NCBI GenBank assembly: GCA_965112155.1
Contig: OZ218102.1
Direction: 5' to 3' (one strand)
Origin: Podarcis liolepis
Taxonomy: Eukaryota
DNA: 64,000 nt
A program made the translations under genes and the position numbers. Positions 59,001 to 64,000 of this stretch are shown one piece after another. Under the pieces are notes generated by a model. The model saw only the letters and a program-made list of their open reading frames with translations, searched no databases and was not told the origin of the DNA. Within the stretch, counting starts at the first letter, position 1; each line of letters begins with the position of its first letter.

Positions 59001-62000
59001 TAAAAGAAGCTTGATAACACTAGCTAAGGTGATAAATTACTATTGTATCACTGTATCAAAGGGAAGAGTCTTCTAGACAGTACACGTGCAATGAGATGTA
59101 GAGACACAGATGCATAAGATGGAAGTGGAATGTCATTTGTCAGCCATGAAATTACAGTTGAAGCAATCCTTCTCTAGTCAGAGCACCCTGGCTCACCACT
59201 GCACAAATGGAGAATTTTCTGCCACGCATACTGATGTTGGATAATTTCCAGAATAATATTCAAGCTTCAAGATAGGTCCCACAATGTGACCTCCCAGCTT
59301 ATTTTCTGCTTGTATCTTTACCTAGATCATTCCCCTATTCAGGTTCTATCATATGGATAGATACAAAATGCATCTGAACAAATGATAAGCCAGACCTTCT
59401 GTTCCCATGTGACACTTGCCCTGGTACAAGCAGGATATACAAGCCAGGAAGCCTTGGCTTCCCATTATGTCTGAACCATAGATCATTCTTTGTTGCTCCC
59501 TAACAAGTCATGGTCAGCAAGCTAACAACAAACCATGGCTTAAGGTTGACTAGTGATTGTGGCTTGTTAGGTTGAAACAAACTGCGGTCCCTCACTGGGG
59601 TGTCACGGGAAACCTGGACTTCCCAATTCACGCCAAGAAACGTGCGGACTGGGAGCAACGGAGTGGTGTCACCGGCAAGTTGCTTATTCCTTGTGAAATA
59701 CAAGTAAGACAGAAAGCCTGATTTACTGTTATGTACAATTGTGAATGTTGTGTGTTGATATATGCTTCCTGCAAAATCCTGATTTAGGTAATCTATTACA
59801 TCAATGTAGAGAAAACACAAACAAATGACAGCAGAAGACTGGAGGGAAATGCTTTCTTTTTCCTCTGCTACTAACTGACTGTATTTAGGGAAGCTGCAGT
59901 GGAAGCAACAGGTGTGACAACAAAAAACTGCCCTTCACTTTGAAATTTCAGAATCAGTCTCAAAATGCAAGAGACCAAGAATTAAAGGCAGCCTTGTGGT
60001 TATGTTCAAACAAACTGCTCCTTCCAATTATCCCCCTTTATTTTTTTCACTCCTCTTTCTGGAGTAGGGGAGGGGCAACGGGTGCTTGTTCTTACCTTCT
60101 TTTCTGAAGGGAACAAGCTGCTGGTGCTGATTTTTAAGCTCCCAACCATGTGCTAATAAATCTCCAGCCTATCCGTCACCTCTGCGCAGCCTGCACTCCT
60201 TAAAGGAAATGGGCTCTCTCCCTCCAATTAGTAGTCTGTGTCCACCAACCATGGAACAGTCCTCATTTAACTTTCCCTCAAAAGGTGGAAAATCGGACAA
60301 ATACAGGCACTGCCATCTTATGGGGTGGGGAAGGGGGCAATGTTTATAAATTAGCCCCAATCCAAAAAAAGCTACGGCATATTTCGCATGAATACCAAGC
60401 TAACCACCAGCATTTCTACGTAACACCCAATCCCTAAAAAAATAATGTAAAGGTACCGCCTAAAAATGCACAGAGGGCAAAGAACACTATGCCTCATTTT
60501 AAGCTGCTTCCTGTAACCAAACTGTACCCTGTACTAGAAAGAACCCTACTATGATCCAAAAACTTTTCTAATACACCGGTCTGCTCTTTCAATTTGCTAT
60601 ATTTCTCCAGTCTCTGCCAAAGTTTTTCAGCACAAAAACTTTATGAATTGGACTACAATCCATAAGCTATCTTTTTTTTTCTTTTTCAAATGGACAGCAC
60701 ATTTATATAGAGCATTTTTTTTTGTTTTTGGAGCACTTCACATGTATCCTCTCAGTTATGCTGAAACAACTGACCTCTATAGTGGGGCAATATCAGTAGC
60801 CAAATACAACCAGTGAGAATTGTGGCTTGGCTAAGGCTACCTAGCAGCTTGTGGTAAGATTTGAACCAAGGACTTCTTGCCTAGAACTTAGGCACTTAGC
60901 CACTATGCTGCACCAGCTCTCAACTAAGTCAGCACCAAGTACTCTTGTTAAACTAATGTGATACAGAAGACAGCATGTTTACTTGATTTTTTTTACTGAT
61001 GTTATAGATCAAGGAGTGCATAAGATTTTCCAGAACCTAACATCTGTCTTTCAACTAATAGAAGCTCACCTATATTGCAGGTTAGGCATCTATATAAACA
61101 GCTTCTGTAAGCGTCAGCAGCAGGACAGTTGGTAAAAGGGAATAAAAGCAAGTAGAATGACAGAGAAATGGAAGCCAAAAATTATAGCATCTTCCAGAAG
61201 CTTTTGCTATGCTATACAACTTTCAGGAGGATGCCAGAACAAAGCTGCTAGATGTTTTCATGTTCTCCTTTTTGCATTGCTGATGCAGTCTACCTTCCAG
61301 CACGTACAGCCCATAGGAATTTCCCTGATCATACAGTGCACCTGCACAGAAAAAAACCATCCTGAATTTAAAGGTTTAAAATGCCTTTTACTTTCTAATC
61401 ACCTATCACACAAATGTTCTTTAGTGTGGTTGCCCCCCCTCCCGCCACCGCCACCAACACGCACGTATAGGATGGGGCGGTAAAATTAAGAAATACACAA
61501 ATAACCTCATTCTATGCTTGTAGAAGATTCAAACCACTAGGTCCCATGTACATCTATGAACATAGAAGGATTAATACTACCTCTTCAAGTTCTCTACCTA
61601 TTTAAAAATATTTGTAAATATATATCGCAGGAAGAGGGCTTTTCCTATTTAAAGGCATTTTGTGAAGAGGCCCAGCACCCTCTCCCCCTGGTAATGAATC
61701 CCTGTAATGGAATGCCCTACACTCCAATTAGGAAGAAATGCTAATTTTCTCCAGTTGAGCACCCCCTATAGATGTATCTAATTTGTTTCAATGCTTTCAT
61801 CTCTCCCCTCCATTGCATTTTCATTTAAAGGTTATGATCTGTTTGTGCCCTTCATGCTGCGCCCTGACAAGACACCCCTATGAGAGGGCTACGTGGCCCC
61901 TGCAACCTTTCTAACCTCTGTCCTGAACAAAAACCAAAGCTATTTTTCTCCTGCCTGATGGAGGGGACAGAGAAGAGAGGAGGCAGGAAAATCTGCTGAA

Positions 62001-62509
62001 TAAAAGTCCTTATTTTTATTATCTAAATAAACATTGCTATATTGGAAGCTCATGGATTACCCAAGGCAGATTTATAATATTCAGAAATGGGAAAGTTTCA
62101 GTATAATCTGAAACCAATAGAGCACCTAGGAGAGTCTTATATATTAAATATGGTATTTAATATATTAAATATGGTACTACTTCTCACACTCTAAGTCTGT
62201 GACTAAATGCAGAAGTTATGGCTTTAACACCAAGCCAGTTTTCTAATTCTTTCGCTCTGTCCCACCTCTCCTCCATTGCATAATGTCTAATGTGTTCTGG
62301 AGAACTTGAAAGCTTGCTCACAATTGTCACTATTTTGTTTGTTGGCCTTATAAAGATATTATCCCTCTACAGATCAAGCAGAGAAGGTACCACCTTTCAG
62401 TGGACCAATTCCTATTAGTGAAAGCAAGTTTCCCAACATCTATAGGGCTTACTTTCAGGCAAAAGTCAGGTTTTCTGATTTCAAAAGTCTCTAAGGGGTT
62501 CCTTGACAC

Positions 62510-63520
62510 AAGACTGGATGAGGTTACTGTTAAGTGGATTTGTAGCCAGTTGATTGACCAAACCCAGAGTGCTCACTAACAGTTCCTCGTCATCCTGGGG
62601 GAAAATGATGAGTCAGGTGTCATGAGGTTCTGTCCTAGGTCTTGTTGTTCAACATCTTTACGAACGACTTGGATGAAGGTATTGAGGGTATGCTCATCAA
62701 ATTTGCAGATGACACAAAACTGAGAGGGGTAGCCAATGCCACAGAAGATAGAATCAGAATTCCAGATGGCCGTAACAAGTTGGAGAACTGGGCCCAAACT
62801 AACAAAATGAATTTAATTAGGGACAAATGTCATGTTCTACACTTAGGCAGGAAGAACCGGATGCACAAATATAAGATGGAGGACACTTGGCTTGACAGCA
62901 GTACATGTGAAAAGGATCTAGGGGTCTTAGTAGACCACAAGCTTAACATGAGTCAACCATGTGATGCAGCAGCAAAAAAAGGGTGAATGCTATTCTAGGC
63001 TGCATCAATAGAAATATAGTGTCCCGATCAAGGGAATTAATAGTTCCACTCTATTCTGCCTTGGCCAGACCACACCTGGAGTACTGTATCCAATTCTGAG
63101 CACCACAGTTTAAGAAGGATACTGACAAGCTGGAACATATGCTGAGGACAGCAACCAACATGATAAGGGGTCTGGAAATCAAGCCTTGTGAAGAATGGTT
63201 GAGGGAGTTGGTAAAGAGTAGACTGAGATGAGATATGATAACTATCTTCAAATATCTTAAGGATTGTCATGGGAAGGATGCAGTAAGGTTGTTTTCTCCT
63301 GCTCTGGAGGCTAGGAGCCAAACCAATGGATTTAAGTTACAAGAGAGGAGATTCCAACTAAACATTCTGACAAGAGGTGGTGGACTCTCCTTGGAGGTTT
63401 TAAAGCAGAGGTTGGATCGCCATCGGTCATGGATGCTTTAGTTGAGATCCCTGCATTGCAGGGGGTTGGACTAGATGACCCTTGGAGTTCCTTCCAACTC
63501 TACAATTCTATGATTCTATG
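62510..63520 (+). mobile_element. CR1 LINE 3' kilobase (ORF2 RT end and tail)
   Basis: LFNIFTNDLDEGIEGMLIKFADDTKL...EKDLGVLVDHKLNMSQ; frameshifted; (attctatg)n tail. Confidence 0.95.
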
Positions 63521-63759
63521 AACATAAGAAGCTGCCTTATACCATTAGCTTATTTAGCTTAGCAGTGTCAACACTGACCGACGGTAACGCTCCAGGGATT
63601 CAGACAGAAGTATTTTCCCAGACCATGTGCTCTTCCAAGAGGATTTTAGAATTGTTCGAAGATGTGTGGCATCTACATTTCCTCTGTAAACTGATAACAT
63701 TGTGTGCCAAATACAATTTTGCACCAACTGCTGGAGGAGTATCTAGATTGAAAAGGGCC

Positions 63760-64000
63760 AATAAACCTGGATCCTGACAAGACAGAGGTGCAGATTGTGG
63801 AAGATTCCCACAATGGCATATTCTGGATGGAGCTGCACTCCCTCCAAAGGAATATAGAGTCATTGAGGCCACTGAGGCCTAGAAGTGCCTATTCCCAGCT
63901 ATGGCTTGTTTGCCAGCTACAGCTTTTCCTGGACTGGGATAGTTTAACAACAGTTTACACTCTGATAACCTCACATTTACACTATTGTAATGCAGTCTAA
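63760..64000 (+). mobile_element. Degenerate L2-like LINE fragment
   Basis: LTTVYTLITSHLHYCNA resembles LVTSRLDYCNA. Confidence 0.6.

Noticed and set aside
62642-62986. Reverse-transcriptase-like ORF (FADD motif)
   Set aside because: 5'-truncated, frameshifted CR1; not a functional gene

Overview
Vertebrate (squamate, most likely lacertid lizard judging by the Sauria-type SINEs and repeat content) genomic window covering the POLL-DPCD-FBXW4 block. POLL (DNA polymerase lambda, minus strand) is complete: 8 coding exons, 1725 nt, 574 aa (575 aa with a NAGNAG acceptor). DPCD (plus strand) is complete: 6 coding exons, 612 nt, 203 aa. The two genes are head-to-head on one CpG-island promoter carrying an ETS site and an RFX X-box. 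FBXW4 (minus strand) is present as its last four coding exons, with a 17.8 kb intron and an intron of more than 22.8 kb that runs off the window. In mammals this is the SHFM3/Dactylaplasia region, whose introns hold the distal Fgf8 enhancers; several repeat-free, motif-dense blocks here are candidate lizard counterparts, but conservation cannot be shown from this sequence alone. Repeats include CR1, L2-like and Penelope fragments, SINEs, Tc1/mariner MITEs, hAT elements and a decayed piggyBac transposase. The oddest structure is a young 1155 bp hAT element carrying a CpG island with interleaved (A-B-A'-B') inverted repeats. I found no evidence for a novel protein-coding system.
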